Assembly (NCBI GenBank): GCA_034925865.1
Contig: JAYFRN010000005.1
Location: 5,964-69,963, forward strand
Source: Oscillospiraceae bacterium
GTDB taxonomy: Bacteria > Bacillota > Clostridia > Oscillospirales > SIG627
Direction: 5' to 3'
DNA: 64,000 nt
Shown here: one piece after another, positions 1-9,160 of the stretch
Layout of the letters: the number at the start of each line of letters is the position of its first letter
How positions within the stretch are numbered: position 1 is the stretch's first letter
Position numbers and translations under genes: made by a program
Notes under the pieces: generated by a model
What the model was told of the DNA's origin: nothing
The model's input: the letters and a program-made list of their open reading frames with translations, nothing else
The model's database searches: none

Positions 1-181
1 CCTTTTACACTGTTTCTTTTTTTGCCGCAAACATAAAAAGGGATGTATTGAATTCAACATAAAACAGCAGATAAATGAAGGCATACCTGCTGCCGGTAAT
101 GAAATATTTGAAAAATCCTTTTAATTTTTATGATTTTATGATATAATACAAAATGAAATTTTAAATGCGGAGGCAAACTTT

Positions 182-1006
182 ATGAATGATATAAAGCGGT
201 TCTATGACGACGCAATGAGTCTGTTCAGAGATAATTATGTCGTAAACTGGCACGAACACGTCTGGGAAACGAGCCCCGGAGTGCTCAGCGAGCAGACATG
301 TGAGTCTCTTTATGAAGGTGCCGTCAATACATATATGGATTATGTATTGATTTCCACTCCGGTAACAGGTGAAGCGGTTTGTTCACCGGAGCGGTTTATA
401 CAAGCGAACAACGTTGTCGCGGAGGCAATAAAACGTCATCCTGACAAATATATAGGCATGTGCTTTGTTGACGGCGGCTTTCAAAAAGAAGCTGTTGAAG
501 AGGTGAAACGCTGCGTGGACATGGGCTTTGCGGGAGTGAAGCTGTATCACCAGCATTTCATCAATGACCCTGTGATGTACCCTTTGATCGAGGCCTGTAT
601 CAAGCTTGATGTGCCTATTCTCGAACACGCAGGCAAGCTTACTTACGAGCCCTCGTCACAGCCGAGGCTTTCCGGCGGACAGCATTTTGCGGACATTGGC
701 AAAAGATATCCCGAAGCTAATATCATAATGGCGCATATAACCGGCGGCGGAGATTGGCAATGGCAGCTTAAAGCTATCAGAGACGTAAAAAATATTTATA
801 CAGACTTAAGCGGAAGTATAATTGATAATCCTGTTATCGAAGAAACGGTAAGGCTGCTCGGAGCTGACAGAGTGCTTTTCGGCACCGACGGAACGCTTTT
901 CGCAGGAGTAGGTAAAATGCTTGCCGCCGATATTTCTTACGCCGATAAGGTTAAAATTTTAGGCGGCGGAGCATATGACAGATTTGTAAGGAGGGTTAGA
1001 AAATAA
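182..1006 (+). CDS. Amidohydrolase-family (TIM-barrel metal-dependent hydrolase) protein
   Basis: 274-aa ORF with GGAGG 8 nt upstream of the ATG. Motifs NWHEHVW, GFAGVKLY and LFGTDG are typical of COG2159-type amidohydrolases. Confidence 0.7.
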   Translation: MNDIKRFYDDAMSLFRDNYVVNWHEHVWETSPGVLSEQTCESLYEGAVNTYMDYVLISTPVTGEAVCSPERFIQANNVVAEAIKRHPDKYIGMCFVDGGFQKEAVEEVKRCVDMGFAGVKLYHQHFINDPVMYPLIEACIKLDVPILEHAGKLTYEPSSQPRLSGGQHFADIGKRYPEANIIMAHITGGGDWQWQLKAIRDVKNIYTDLSGSIIDNPVIEETVRLLGADRVLFGTDGTLFAGVGKMLAADISYADKVKILGGGAYDRFVRRVRK

Positions 1007-1788
1007 TGCTTATTGATACCTGTACATATATCGGGCACTGGCCCTTCAGAAAGCTTCCGCAGGAGACTTTGCCGGAGCTCTGTGAGTATGCGTCAAAGCG
1101 CATGGTTACGCACATGTTTGTCACAAATCTGAACGCTGTTTTTTATAAGGATACATGCGAAGGGAATATCGAGCTAATCAAGGCTGTAAAGGCATATAAA
1201 GGTGATATGAAGATATATCCGTTTGCCGTTGTAAATCCCGCTTATATTTGCTTTGAACGCGAAATCAAAGAATATAAAGAAATGGGCTTCGCCGGAATAG
1301 AGCTTACTCCGTGCTATCATGCCTATTCGCTTGATTCTGACTGCGCAAGAAAAGCATATGTACTTGCCGGAGAAAACGGCCTGATGGTAAAGGTTTCCGC
1401 CGGCTTTGAAAATATCCGGCAGCGTCACTGGATGGATAACTTCAGCGAGCCGACCGGAGATCAGATCTGCTCAATGGCAAAAGCAAGCGATAAAACCGTT
1501 ACAGTTATCAACGCTCAGTTCCCTGCTTCATTAGGCGGCGGATTCGCGACACTCTGTAAGGAACGTGCCAATGTTTTCGCGGATGTAATGAGATGCGATT
1601 CATTCGTCGGTAAGAATTTTGACGACGCAATATCCGTTCTCGGCGCAGAGCATCTGGTATTTGGCACAATGGCTCCGTTCAAATATATAGAGCCGCAGTT
1701 TGTGAAGCTGTTTTCTACAAAAGCGACAAACGATATTCAAAAGAGTCAGATTTTATATCAGAACATGCAGAAAATACTCGGAATATAA
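1006..1788 (+). CDS. Amidohydrolase-like protein (paralogue of the upstream gene)
   Basis: 260-aa ORF whose start overlaps the upstream stop (ATGA). GFAGIEL and LVFGT motifs parallel the upstream protein. Confidence 0.55.
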   Translation: MLIDTCTYIGHWPFRKLPQETLPELCEYASKRMVTHMFVTNLNAVFYKDTCEGNIELIKAVKAYKGDMKIYPFAVVNPAYICFEREIKEYKEMGFAGIELTPCYHAYSLDSDCARKAYVLAGENGLMVKVSAGFENIRQRHWMDNFSEPTGDQICSMAKASDKTVTVINAQFPASLGGGFATLCKERANVFADVMRCDSFVGKNFDDAISVLGAEHLVFGTMAPFKYIEPQFVKLFSTKATNDIQKSQILYQNMQKILGI

Positions 1789-1806
1789 TGCGTTTAACAT
1801 GTTTGC

Positions 1807-1936
1807 TATTATTAACAGTAATTAAATAATCGCTGCTTGTGAGAGAAAAGACTCTGATATACGGGCTTTTCTCTTGCTGTCTGAGTCACATAAAATAACT
1901 TTTTTACTTACTGTTTAATAATCTTCGTTTAATAAT
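1807..1936 (+). repeat. Nested-palindrome intergenic element, copy E (variant subfamily)
   Basis: Core hairpin GAGAGAAAAG-N15-CTTTTCTCT at 1841-1874. It is flanked by TATTATTAACAGTAATTAAATAAT on the left and TTACTTACTGTTTAATAAT on the right. Alignable to the copies at 19484, 28191, 29410 and 30270. Confidence 0.6.
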
Positions 1937-1995
1937 ATTTTTCTGCCAGGCAGATATTCAATTTCTACAAATATATAAAATTATTTATTATTCTA

Positions 1996-2024
1996 TTGAC
2001 AAATCTGTTTGGCGGTGGTATACT
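1996..2024 (+). promoter_or_regulatory. Sigma-70-type promoter of asnA-glnA
   Basis: TTGACA (1996-2001), 17-bp spacer, TATACT (2019-2024). Confidence 0.6.
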
Positions 2025-2106
2025 GCTTCCTAACAGCAAAGGTGCTGTAGGTGAGGCCTACGCACCTTATTTTGTTATTATTATTTATTATAGGAGTGAT
2101 TGTCAT

Positions 2107-3114
2107 ATGAGCAAAATTCAGATTCCAACAGATTATTCGTCAAAGCTCACAGTTTATCAAACTCAGACCGCAATTGGTCAGCTTAAGAGATACTTTGAGG
2201 ACAATTTGTCTAACGCGCTCAATTTAAAGCGCATATCCGCGCCGCTGTTTGTCGACGCAAAAACGGGGCTCAATGACAATCTTAACGGAGTTGAGCGTCC
2301 TGTAAAATTTGATATTCTTGAAACCGGCACAGACGCCGAGGTTGTTCATTCACTCGCCAAATGGAAAAGGCTTGCGCTTTGGAAATATGGTTTTAAACAT
2401 GGTGAAGGTCTATATACCGATATGAATGCCATCCGCCGTGACGAAACAATGGACAACCTTCATTCTATATATGTCGACCAATGGGACTGGGAAAAGGTTA
2501 TAACTGCAGAAGACAGAAATGAGGAATATCTGCGTGAAACCGTTTGCGATATCGTTTGCGCGATATGTGACACACTTGATGAAATGAAGGCTCAGTATCC
2601 TATTATTAATACAGAGCTTTGCCGTGAGGTAGCTTTTATTACCTCTCAGGAACTCGAAGATATGTATCCCGATTTGACATCGAAACAACGCGAGGACGAA
2701 TTTGTAAAGCTGCATAAAACCGCGTTTGTTATGCAAATAGGTGACAAGCTCAAATCAGGTGAAAAGCATGACGGGCGCGCACCGGATTACGATGACTGGA
2801 AGCTGAACGGAGATATTATTTTCTGGAATGACCTTCTCGGATGTGCCTTCGAGGTGTCCAGCATGGGAATCCGCGTAGATCCCGCGTCACTTGATACGCA
2901 GCTGACCAAGGCCGGATGTGATAATCGCCGTTCGCTTCCGTTTCACAAAATGCTTCTTGAAGGGAAACTTCCGCTTACTATGGGCGGAGGAATCGGACAG
3001 TCGCGTCTTTGCATGTTGATTCTTCAAAAGGCTCATATAGGAGAAGTACAGGTGTCTGTCTGGGACGACGCCACATTGGATACATGCAAAAAAGCGGGAA
3101 TAGCCATTCTCTGA
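2107..3114 (+). CDS. asnA: Aspartate-ammonia ligase (asparagine synthetase A)
   Basis: From [12 protein letters not shown] onward the translation is full-length AsnA-like (class II aaRS-like fold, about 335 aa). AGGAG lies 10 nt upstream of ATG 2107. The track ORF start at 1996 coincides with the promoter -35 box. Confidence 0.9.
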   Translation: MSKIQIPTDYSSKLTVYQTQTAIGQLKRYFEDNLSNALNLKRISAPLFVDAKTGLNDNLNGVERPVKFDILETGTDAEVVHSLAKWKRLALWKYGFKHGEGLYTDMNAIRRDETMDNLHSIYVDQWDWEKVITAEDRNEEYLRETVCDIVCAICDTLDEMKAQYPIINTELCREVAFITSQELEDMYPDLTSKQREDEFVKLHKTAFVMQIGDKLKSGEKHDGRAPDYDDWKLNGDIIFWNDLLGCAFEVSSMGIRVDPASLDTQLTKAGCDNRRSLPFHKMLLEGKLPLTMGGGIGQSRLCMLILQKAHIGEVQVSVWDDATLDTCKKAGIAIL

Positions 3115-3141
3115 AAATATATTTGAAAGGCAAATAAGCGT

Positions 3142-5223
3142 ATGGATATACAATCAGTTTTCGGATCGATGGTATTCAGCGACAGCGTCATGAAAGAACG
3201 TCTGCCGCGCGAAATATACGATGAATTTCAGAACTCGATCAAACAGGGAAAAAGTCTCGAGCTTCCGGTCGCTAATATAATTGCCCGCGAAATGAAGGAT
3301 TGGGCAATCGAAAAAGGAGCGACACATTATACTCATTGGTTTCAGCCAATGACAGGAATGACCGCCGAAAAACATGACAGCTTCATAACAGTCTCCGCAA
3401 ACGGCGTGATTATGGATTTTTCCGGGAAAGAATTGATTAAAGGAGAGCCGGATGCGTCCAGTTTTCCTTCGGGCGGTTTGCGCGCCACATTTGAAGCACG
3501 CGGTTATACAAGCTGGGATCCTACTTCATACGCGTTTATTAAAGACGGAACGCTCTGCATTCCTACCGCATTTTGTTCATACAGCGGAGAAGCTCTTGAT
3601 AAGAAGACGCCTCTTCTGCGCTCAATGGAAGCGATTGGCAATGAAGTAAAACGCCTGATGAAAGCCATCGGCGACGAATGCGATTCCGTTCAGACTACAA
3701 TAGGAGCGGAACAGGAATATTTTCTTGTCGACCGCGCCGCATTTAAAAAGCGCCGCGACTTAATATTTACAGGAAGGACGCTTTTCGGAGCAATGCCGCC
3801 TAAAGGGCAGGAGCTCGAGGATCATTATTTCGGCGCGATCCGTCCGCGTGTCTCCCTTTATATGAAAGCGCTTGACGAGGAGCTTTGGAAACTGGGGGTT
3901 TTTGCGAAAACCGAGCATAACGAGGTTGCTCCGTCTCAGCATGAGCTTGCTCCGATATTCACCACCGCGAACGTTGCGGTAGACCACAATCAGCTTACAA
4001 TGGAAATGATGAAAAAGGTAGCCGCAAAATTTGATCTCGCCTGCCTTCTTCATGAAAAGCCTTTTGCCGGAGTCAATGGCTCGGGAAAGCATGAAAACTG
4101 GTCTGTCGGCATAAACGATAAAGTAAATTTATTTAAACCCGGTGACAATCCGAGAAAGAATTACCGTTACCTTCTTTCAATTTGCGCGGTAATATCTGCC
4201 GTGGACGAGTATCAGGAACTATTGCGTCTTACCTGCGCAAGCGCCGGAAACGATCACCGCCTCGGAGCGAACGAAGCGCCGCCGGCAATTATCAGCATGT
4301 TTATCGGCGATGAGCTGTGCGAAATATTTGATTCGATCTGCCAGGGCAGTGAATATATAAACCGCGACCGCGCGGCAATGGAAACCGGTGTTCATGTTCT
4401 GCCTCAGTTCAAGCGTGATTCCACAGACAGAAACCGTACGTCGCCCTTTGCGTATACAGGGAATAAATTCGAATTCCGTATGCCTGGTTCTTCATTTTCC
4501 GTCGCGGATTCGACGACTGTATTGAATACTATTGTCGCTGATGTACTGATGAGATTTTCTGATGAACTTGAGAATGCGTCCGACATTCCGTTGGCCATAG
4601 AAAAGCTTATTGCCCGTGAATACACTGCTCATAAGAGAATAGTATTCAACGGCAACAACTACGCTCCGGAATGGCTTGAGGAAGCAAAGAAACGCGGATT
4701 ATTAAATCTGCCGTCAGTTTCTGACGCCATACCGTATTTAATATCTGAAAAGAGCATAAAGCTATTTAAGCGCCATAAGATATTCACTGAAAACGAGCTA
4801 CGTTCCCGCTGTGAAATATATCTTGAAAATTATTGCAAGGTCGTCAATATCGAAGCTCTCACTATGATTTCAATGACACATCAGGAAATTATCCCTGCTA
4901 TTGAAAAATATACGGCTCAAATCTGCAACGCCGGAAAAGTAAAAAAAGAGCTTTCAGGCAGTATCTCAACGAAATTTGAAGAAAACTACGCAAATAGACT
5001 TTCCGATAATATGCTCACTATTTCTGAAAGGCTTGAAATACTCGAAAAATGCGTCGCAAAAATTAAAGAGATTCAAAATACACTTGATTGCGCGCGTTAT
5101 TACAAGTCTGATGTGATTCCCGCTATGGATTCGCTGCGTGAAATCTGCGACGAGCAGGAAACGCTGGTAAGCCGTGAAGCATGGCCGTTCCCCTCATACG
5201 GCGAAATATTGTTCAGCTTCTGA
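3142..5223 (+). CDS. glnA: Glutamine synthetase, type III
   Basis: 693-aa ORF. Length and sequence (N-terminal GSIII domain, [18 protein letters not shown] catalytic region) fit type III GS. It starts 27 nt after asnA. Confidence 0.9.
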   Translation: MDIQSVFGSMVFSDSVMKERLPREIYDEFQNSIKQGKSLELPVANIIAREMKDWAIEKGATHYTHWFQPMTGMTAEKHDSFITVSANGVIMDFSGKELIKGEPDASSFPSGGLRATFEARGYTSWDPTSYAFIKDGTLCIPTAFCSYSGEALDKKTPLLRSMEAIGNEVKRLMKAIGDECDSVQTTIGAEQEYFLVDRAAFKKRRDLIFTGRTLFGAMPPKGQELEDHYFGAIRPRVSLYMKALDEELWKLGVFAKTEHNEVAPSQHELAPIFTTANVAVDHNQLTMEMMKKVAAKFDLACLLHEKPFAGVNGSGKHENWSVGINDKVNLFKPGDNPRKNYRYLLSICAVISAVDEYQELLRLTCASAGNDHRLGANEAPPAIISMFIGDELCEIFDSICQGSEYINRDRAAMETGVHVLPQFKRDSTDRNRTSPFAYTGNKFEFRMPGSSFSVADSTTVLNTIVADVLMRFSDELENASDIPLAIEKLIAREYTAHKRIVFNGNNYAPEWLEEAKKRGLLNLPSVSDAIPYLISEKSIKLFKRHKIFTENELRSRCEIYLENYCKVVNIEALTMISMTHQEIIPAIEKYTAQICNAGKVKKELSGSISTKFEENYANRLSDNMLTISERLEILEKCVAKIKEIQNTLDCARYYKSDVIPAMDSLREICDEQETLVSREAWPFPSYGEILFSF

Positions 5224-5294
5224 TTAAATCGGGCGCTGCCGCAGCAATGTGTGCAGCGTCCGGTTAGTTTTAATGTAAGATTGAATCCCATCTA

Positions 5295-5323
5295 TTGACG
5301 TTTCAGAAAATATATGCTACAAT
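5295..5323 (+). promoter_or_regulatory. Sigma-70-type promoter (extended -10)
   Basis: TTGACG (5295-5300), 17-bp spacer, TGcTACAAT (-10 hexamer at 5318-5323). Confidence 0.6.
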
Positions 5324-5353
5324 ATTTAAAATCTATGGAGAGGAAAGCACGTC

Positions 5354-5440
5354 ATGACATCCGTATACAATCGTAATAATCAACAGCAGCAGCAACTCGT
5401 GATCAAATCGATAACGGGCTTTTGTTGTTGTATTCTATAG
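5354..5440 (+). CDS. 28-codon mini-ORF MTSVYNRNNQQQQQLVIKSITGFCCCIL (leader peptide or small Cys-rich peptide)
   Basis: ATG preceded by GGAGAGGAAAG with 6-nt spacing. It lies between a strong promoter and an intrinsic terminator. Too short for the ORF track. Confidence 0.35.
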   Translation: MTSVYNRNNQQQQQLVIKSITGFCCCIL

Positions 5441-5470
5441 ATCGCACAAAAATATAGCTATTAGAATTAA

Positions 5471-5509
5471 CGGTTAAAGTCCAAAAAAGGATTTTGACCG
5501 TTTTTTTTT
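5471..5509 (+). terminator. Intrinsic terminator in the leader of the MetRS-family gene
   Basis: 12-bp stem CGGTTAAAGTCC / GGATTTTGACCG (two G-U pairs), A6 loop, then a run of nine T. Confidence 0.6.
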
Positions 5510-5548
5510 CGAAGAAGACTTAATATTATTTTAATGGGAGCAATAATC

Positions 5549-7474
5549 ATGGAAAGCAAAAAAGCATCAGAAAGACCTTCTTTTCCAAAAAGAGCACTGG
5601 TGACAGGCGGTATGCCATACGGTGAGAAAGAATTGTATTTTCATCATATCGGAGGAGTTTTTGTTCATGCCGATATATTTGCACGCTTCATGCGCGATCG
5701 TATCGGAAAAGAAAATGTTTTGTTCATATCAGGAACTGACTGTTACGGTGCCGGTGTTGAGCTCGGCTATAAAAAAGCTTTGTGTGCCGGATTTATCGGA
5801 AGCATAAACGATTTTGTTTTACAAAAACACAATAAGCAAAAAGAAGTGCTTGAAAAGTATCAAATATCTCTTGATATATATTCAGGTTCAGCATTAGACG
5901 ATGCTGCAAAAATTCACAATGATTTATCCGCAGAAATATTTAATGCTCTTTATAACAATGGCTATTTGAAACTGGAACGAACCATGCAGTTTTTTGACAC
6001 TGAAAAGGGCGTTTATCTTAATGGGCGGCAAGTCAAAGGCCGTTGCCCAATACAAGGTTGTAAATCAGAAAATGCATATGCCGACGAATGCTCTCTCGGT
6101 CATCAATATAGCCCAGATGAGCTTATAGATCCAATAAGTGTTCTTTCAGTAAAAACACCGGAGCGTGTTCCTGTTGATAACTGGTTTTTTGACTTGCCTG
6201 CAATTTCTGAACAACTAAACAACCTGTTGGAAGAATGGGAAAATAATCCGTCTTGCAGAAAAACATTAACAACAGTAGTACGAGAATTTTTACGTAAGCC
6301 TGCAATTTATATAAAAAATGAATTAATTGATGAAGTACGAAAATATGATGAAATGCCTTCTTATGTTCTGATTAAAGATGAAACAAAAGCATCATCAGCA
6401 CTGGAGTTTGATACTTTAATTGAAAGAGATAAAGCAATTCTGCTATTAACAAAAAAAGGAATACATTTTAGAACGGGTAAAACAATCGTACCATTCAGGT
6501 TATCAGGTAATGTAAGTTGGGGTGTTCCTGTCCCGAGCAAAGATGGATTAGAGGGTCTGACATTCTGGGTATGGCCAGAATCATTATGGGCACCAATATC
6601 TTTTACAAAAGCGGTATGCCGTGAAAAAGGCTGCAATACAGGTTGGTCGGAATGGTGGAAATCGGATGATTCAAAGGTATATCAATTTATTGGTGAAGAT
6701 AATATGTATTTTTATGCTATAGCTGAAATGGGAATATTTATGGCATTGAACGAAGGTTATAAAATGCCGGAGATAGTACCTAATCGCCACATTCTATACG
6801 GAAAGACAAAGGCTTCAAGCAGCGGCGATAATAAACCTCCCAAAGCGGATGAACTGCTTGATTATTATACTCCAGAACAACTAAGATTACATTTTATGAA
6901 CACCAGTTTAAGCGATAGAAGTGTAGGCTTTGAGCCAAAAGCATTTATGAAAGGTAACAGCGGTTTTGATAATGTTTTAAATGAGGGTAATTTGGCGACA
7001 AATGTTTTTAATCGGCTTTTACGTTCTTGCTTCTATACCATTCAGAAATATAATAATGGCATTCTGCCTGAATATGCGGTAAGCAGTGAGGTAAAAAGGA
7101 GAGCAGATGATGTGATATTGGAATATGAAAAATTAATGTCGATATTTGCGTTCGATAAGGTTTTTGAGCTGTTGAATTTATATCTTCGCGATGCCAACAA
7201 AGACTGGTCGACAAGAAGCAAAAATGATAATCCTGATGATATTAAGAAATTAATATCCGATAGCATCCATGTTATCAGAACAGCTGCTGCCTTGTTTCAT
7301 CCCATAACACCTGTCAGTTGTGAGATGATCCGGGAGTATTTGAATGTTGATGATAGAATCTGGGATTGGAAGTATATTTTTGAACCCTTAAACTTTTTTA
7401 TTGATCGAAATCATACATTGAAGTTCCTTGAACCTCGCATTGACTTTTTTAAAAAGCATGAATCACAATTATAA
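5549..7474 (+). CDS. Class I aminoacyl-tRNA synthetase family protein, MetRS-like, with divergent signature motifs
   Basis: Alignable by eye to MetRS: MPYGEKELYFHHIGG, a Cys knuckle GRCPIQGCKSENAYADECSLGH, FWVWPESLWAP, YQFIGEDNMYFY. GGGAG lies 8 nt before ATG 5549 (the track start at 5534 is less likely). HIGH reads HIGG and KMSKS reads KASSS. Confidence 0.75.
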   Translation: MESKKASERPSFPKRALVTGGMPYGEKELYFHHIGGVFVHADIFARFMRDRIGKENVLFISGTDCYGAGVELGYKKALCAGFIGSINDFVLQKHNKQKEVLEKYQISLDIYSGSALDDAAKIHNDLSAEIFNALYNNGYLKLERTMQFFDTEKGVYLNGRQVKGRCPIQGCKSENAYADECSLGHQYSPDELIDPISVLSVKTPERVPVDNWFFDLPAISEQLNNLLEEWENNPSCRKTLTTVVREFLRKPAIYIKNELIDEVRKYDEMPSYVLIKDETKASSALEFDTLIERDKAILLLTKKGIHFRTGKTIVPFRLSGNVSWGVPVPSKDGLEGLTFWVWPESLWAPISFTKAVCREKGCNTGWSEWWKSDDSKVYQFIGEDNMYFYAIAEMGIFMALNEGYKMPEIVPNRHILYGKTKASSSGDNKPPKADELLDYYTPEQLRLHFMNTSLSDRSVGFEPKAFMKGNSGFDNVLNEGNLATNVFNRLLRSCFYTIQKYNNGILPEYAVSSEVKRRADDVILEYEKLMSIFAFDKVFELLNLYLRDANKDWSTRSKNDNPDDIKKLISDSIHVIRTAAALFHPITPVSCEMIREYLNVDDRIWDWKYIFEPLNFFIDRNHTLKFLEPRIDFFKKHESQL

Positions 7475-7629
7475 TGAGTAAATATCACGCTGATAAATTA
7501 AAAGATGCAACTGATGCTTTACCTTCAGTCTGTTTTATCAAACAACATCGCCTTATGCTCCGGAACATTGACCCGAAAGATAGAGGAGTTCGTTTTCGTA
7601 TTGAACAGGTATACGAAGCGTTTGGATAA
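7474..7629 (+). CDS. 51-codon ORF MSKYHADKLKDATDALPSVCFIKQHRLMLRNIDPKDRGVRFRIEQVYEAFG, function unknown
   Basis: Its ATG overlaps the TAA of the MetRS-family gene (TAATG), which suggests translational coupling. Composition looks like a soluble protein. Too short for the track. Confidence 0.35.
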   Translation: MSKYHADKLKDATDALPSVCFIKQHRLMLRNIDPKDRGVRFRIEQVYEAFG

Positions 7630-7800
7630 CTCGTTATAACAAAAATGTAGCTTCGTTTTTGCTGCTGCACAAATGTGATATTCTTTTAGTGGCTACCGTT
7701 AGAGCTAAACTTGTGTAAACAGTGTCTGACTGATAACTGCGACAATTAAACTAGTAATTTTCACCGCAATGAAATAAATTTGTATGTTTATGTGTTGCTA

Positions 7801-7829
7801 TTTACAAAAAAGTGTTTTTCTGTTATAAT
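7801..7829 (+). promoter_or_regulatory. Sigma-70-type promoter upstream of the yybS-gdpP-rplI-dnaB block
   Basis: TTTACA (7801-7806), 17-bp spacer, TATAAT (7824-7829). Confidence 0.5.
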
Positions 7830-7957
7830 ATTAAAATCAATACTGTTGTATAATGGAAAAAACATGTAAACTCTATTTATACTGCGACCGCATTGCTTGT
7901 GAACCATACCGATTCGGAACAGCTTTTGCGGCGCCGGCATAGGGAACAGAATATAAA

Positions 7958-9049
7958 ATGAACGATTTTCAAAACGGCTCTCCCGTCGGCGATAACGCCG
8001 GCGCGCATGCGGATCAAACGAACCGCGGACTTTCGGAACCCGGGCGCTTTATAATATATGAAATTCTGTTGTTTTTTCTCGCCTTTGCGGGTGTGATAAA
8101 ATACGGTGTTTTAACTTATATTTTCGCCTCCCTTTCTGTAGGACTGCTTGCGGCAATGACTGTATTGCGTTTTACTCCCGTCAACCTTATCGGTACACTG
8201 CTCGGCTTGATAACAGCCGGAATATTCAACTTTTCGCCGATGATATTCGCTGCGGCGGTGTTGTATATTTTTCCGTTTATTCCGCTTTGCATATGCGTCA
8301 GGCGCTCTGCCGGGCGCGGAATCACCGCGCTCCTGACGTCTGCGGCGTTTTTATTATCGCTCGGAGTGATGCTCTGCGTCGATGTTATAATGACAAAAGG
8401 GTCATTGAGTATCCAGTCTTTTTCGGGCTATTTTTCCGATATCGCATATGCTTTGAGCGAATATATAACAACCATATATAAACAATATTATACATTGCTG
8501 GAGGAGAATACGTCTGCCGGCGCTCTTGATGCGCTGAAGCTTAATGAAATCGCGTCTTCGGCTGAGGAGTTTTCCAAACAGATAATATCACAGGTCTATT
8601 TTTCTTCAGTAGCTGCCGTATCTGTCATATGTCTGGCCCTCGGATATGCTTCCACTTATATCCTCCGTACGCATCTTTTAAAAAGCAACATGCTTTTGTC
8701 GCGTTTCCGTGACGGCTGGAAGCTGTCTCTTTCACTCGCGTCAGCTATAGTGTTATTCGCTTCATCTGTTGCGGCGGTTTTATTCACGCTTGACAGTTCT
8801 CCGGTAATATATGTGACAGCATTAAATATCCGCATCATAATGAGCAGTATATATTTGGTATATGGCTTTAATGTGCTGTGCTCATATATTTCAAAGCGTG
8901 AAGAAGTATTAGGCGGGTATTTTAAAGTGACCGCTATAATTATGATGATTTTGTTTTGCAGCTCGATATATATTGTTTTGCCTGTTATCGGATTTATCGC
9001 CGTTGTTTCCAATGAATACAACAAGCGCAAAAACGCGCATAAACACTGA
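7958..9049 (+). CDS. Polytopic membrane protein, YybS/DUF2232-like
   Basis: 363-aa multi-TM ORF directly upstream of gdpP-rplI-dnaB. This is the conserved Firmicute position of yybS. Confidence 0.6.
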   Translation: MNDFQNGSPVGDNAGAHADQTNRGLSEPGRFIIYEILLFFLAFAGVIKYGVLTYIFASLSVGLLAAMTVLRFTPVNLIGTLLGLITAGIFNFSPMIFAAAVLYIFPFIPLCICVRRSAGRGITALLTSAAFLLSLGVMLCVDVIMTKGSLSIQSFSGYFSDIAYALSEYITTIYKQYYTLLEENTSAGALDALKLNEIASSAEEFSKQIISQVYFSSVAAVSVICLALGYASTYILRTHLLKSNMLLSRFRDGWKLSLSLASAIVLFASSVAAVLFTLDSSPVIYVTALNIRIIMSSIYLVYGFNVLCSYISKREEVLGGYFKVTAIIMMILFCSSIYIVLPVIGFIAVVSNEYNKRKNAHKH

Positions 9050-9160
9050 TATTATATTATATTTGTTTTACGTACACGTTTATTTTGACTAATACTTATA
9101 CTGCTTATCGGGTTTCGTACCGTTGACATGCAATCATTAATAGAAAAGGAGGTTCGTACA

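Noticed and set aside
1879-1893. TGTCTGAGTCACA as a possible GlnR/TnrA site upstream of asnA-glnA.
   Set aside because: The spacing (TGT-N7-ACA) does not fit the 17-bp TGTNAN7TNACA consensus, and the sequence lies inside a repeat-element copy.
1996-2106. The N-terminal extension of asnA suggested by the track ORF (start at 1996).
   Set aside because: The extension begins exactly at the -35 hexamer of a consensus promoter. It covers the leader hairpin and has no AsnA homology. ATG 2107 has a proper SD.
5330-5533. A possible T-box riboswitch upstream of the MetRS-family gene.
   Set aside because: I could find no T-box consensus (AANNNGGGTGGTACCGCG-like), no AGAGA/GNUGGA stem-I features and no specifier-loop architecture. 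The leader is also short for a T-box. It is reported instead as a mini-ORF/terminator leader.
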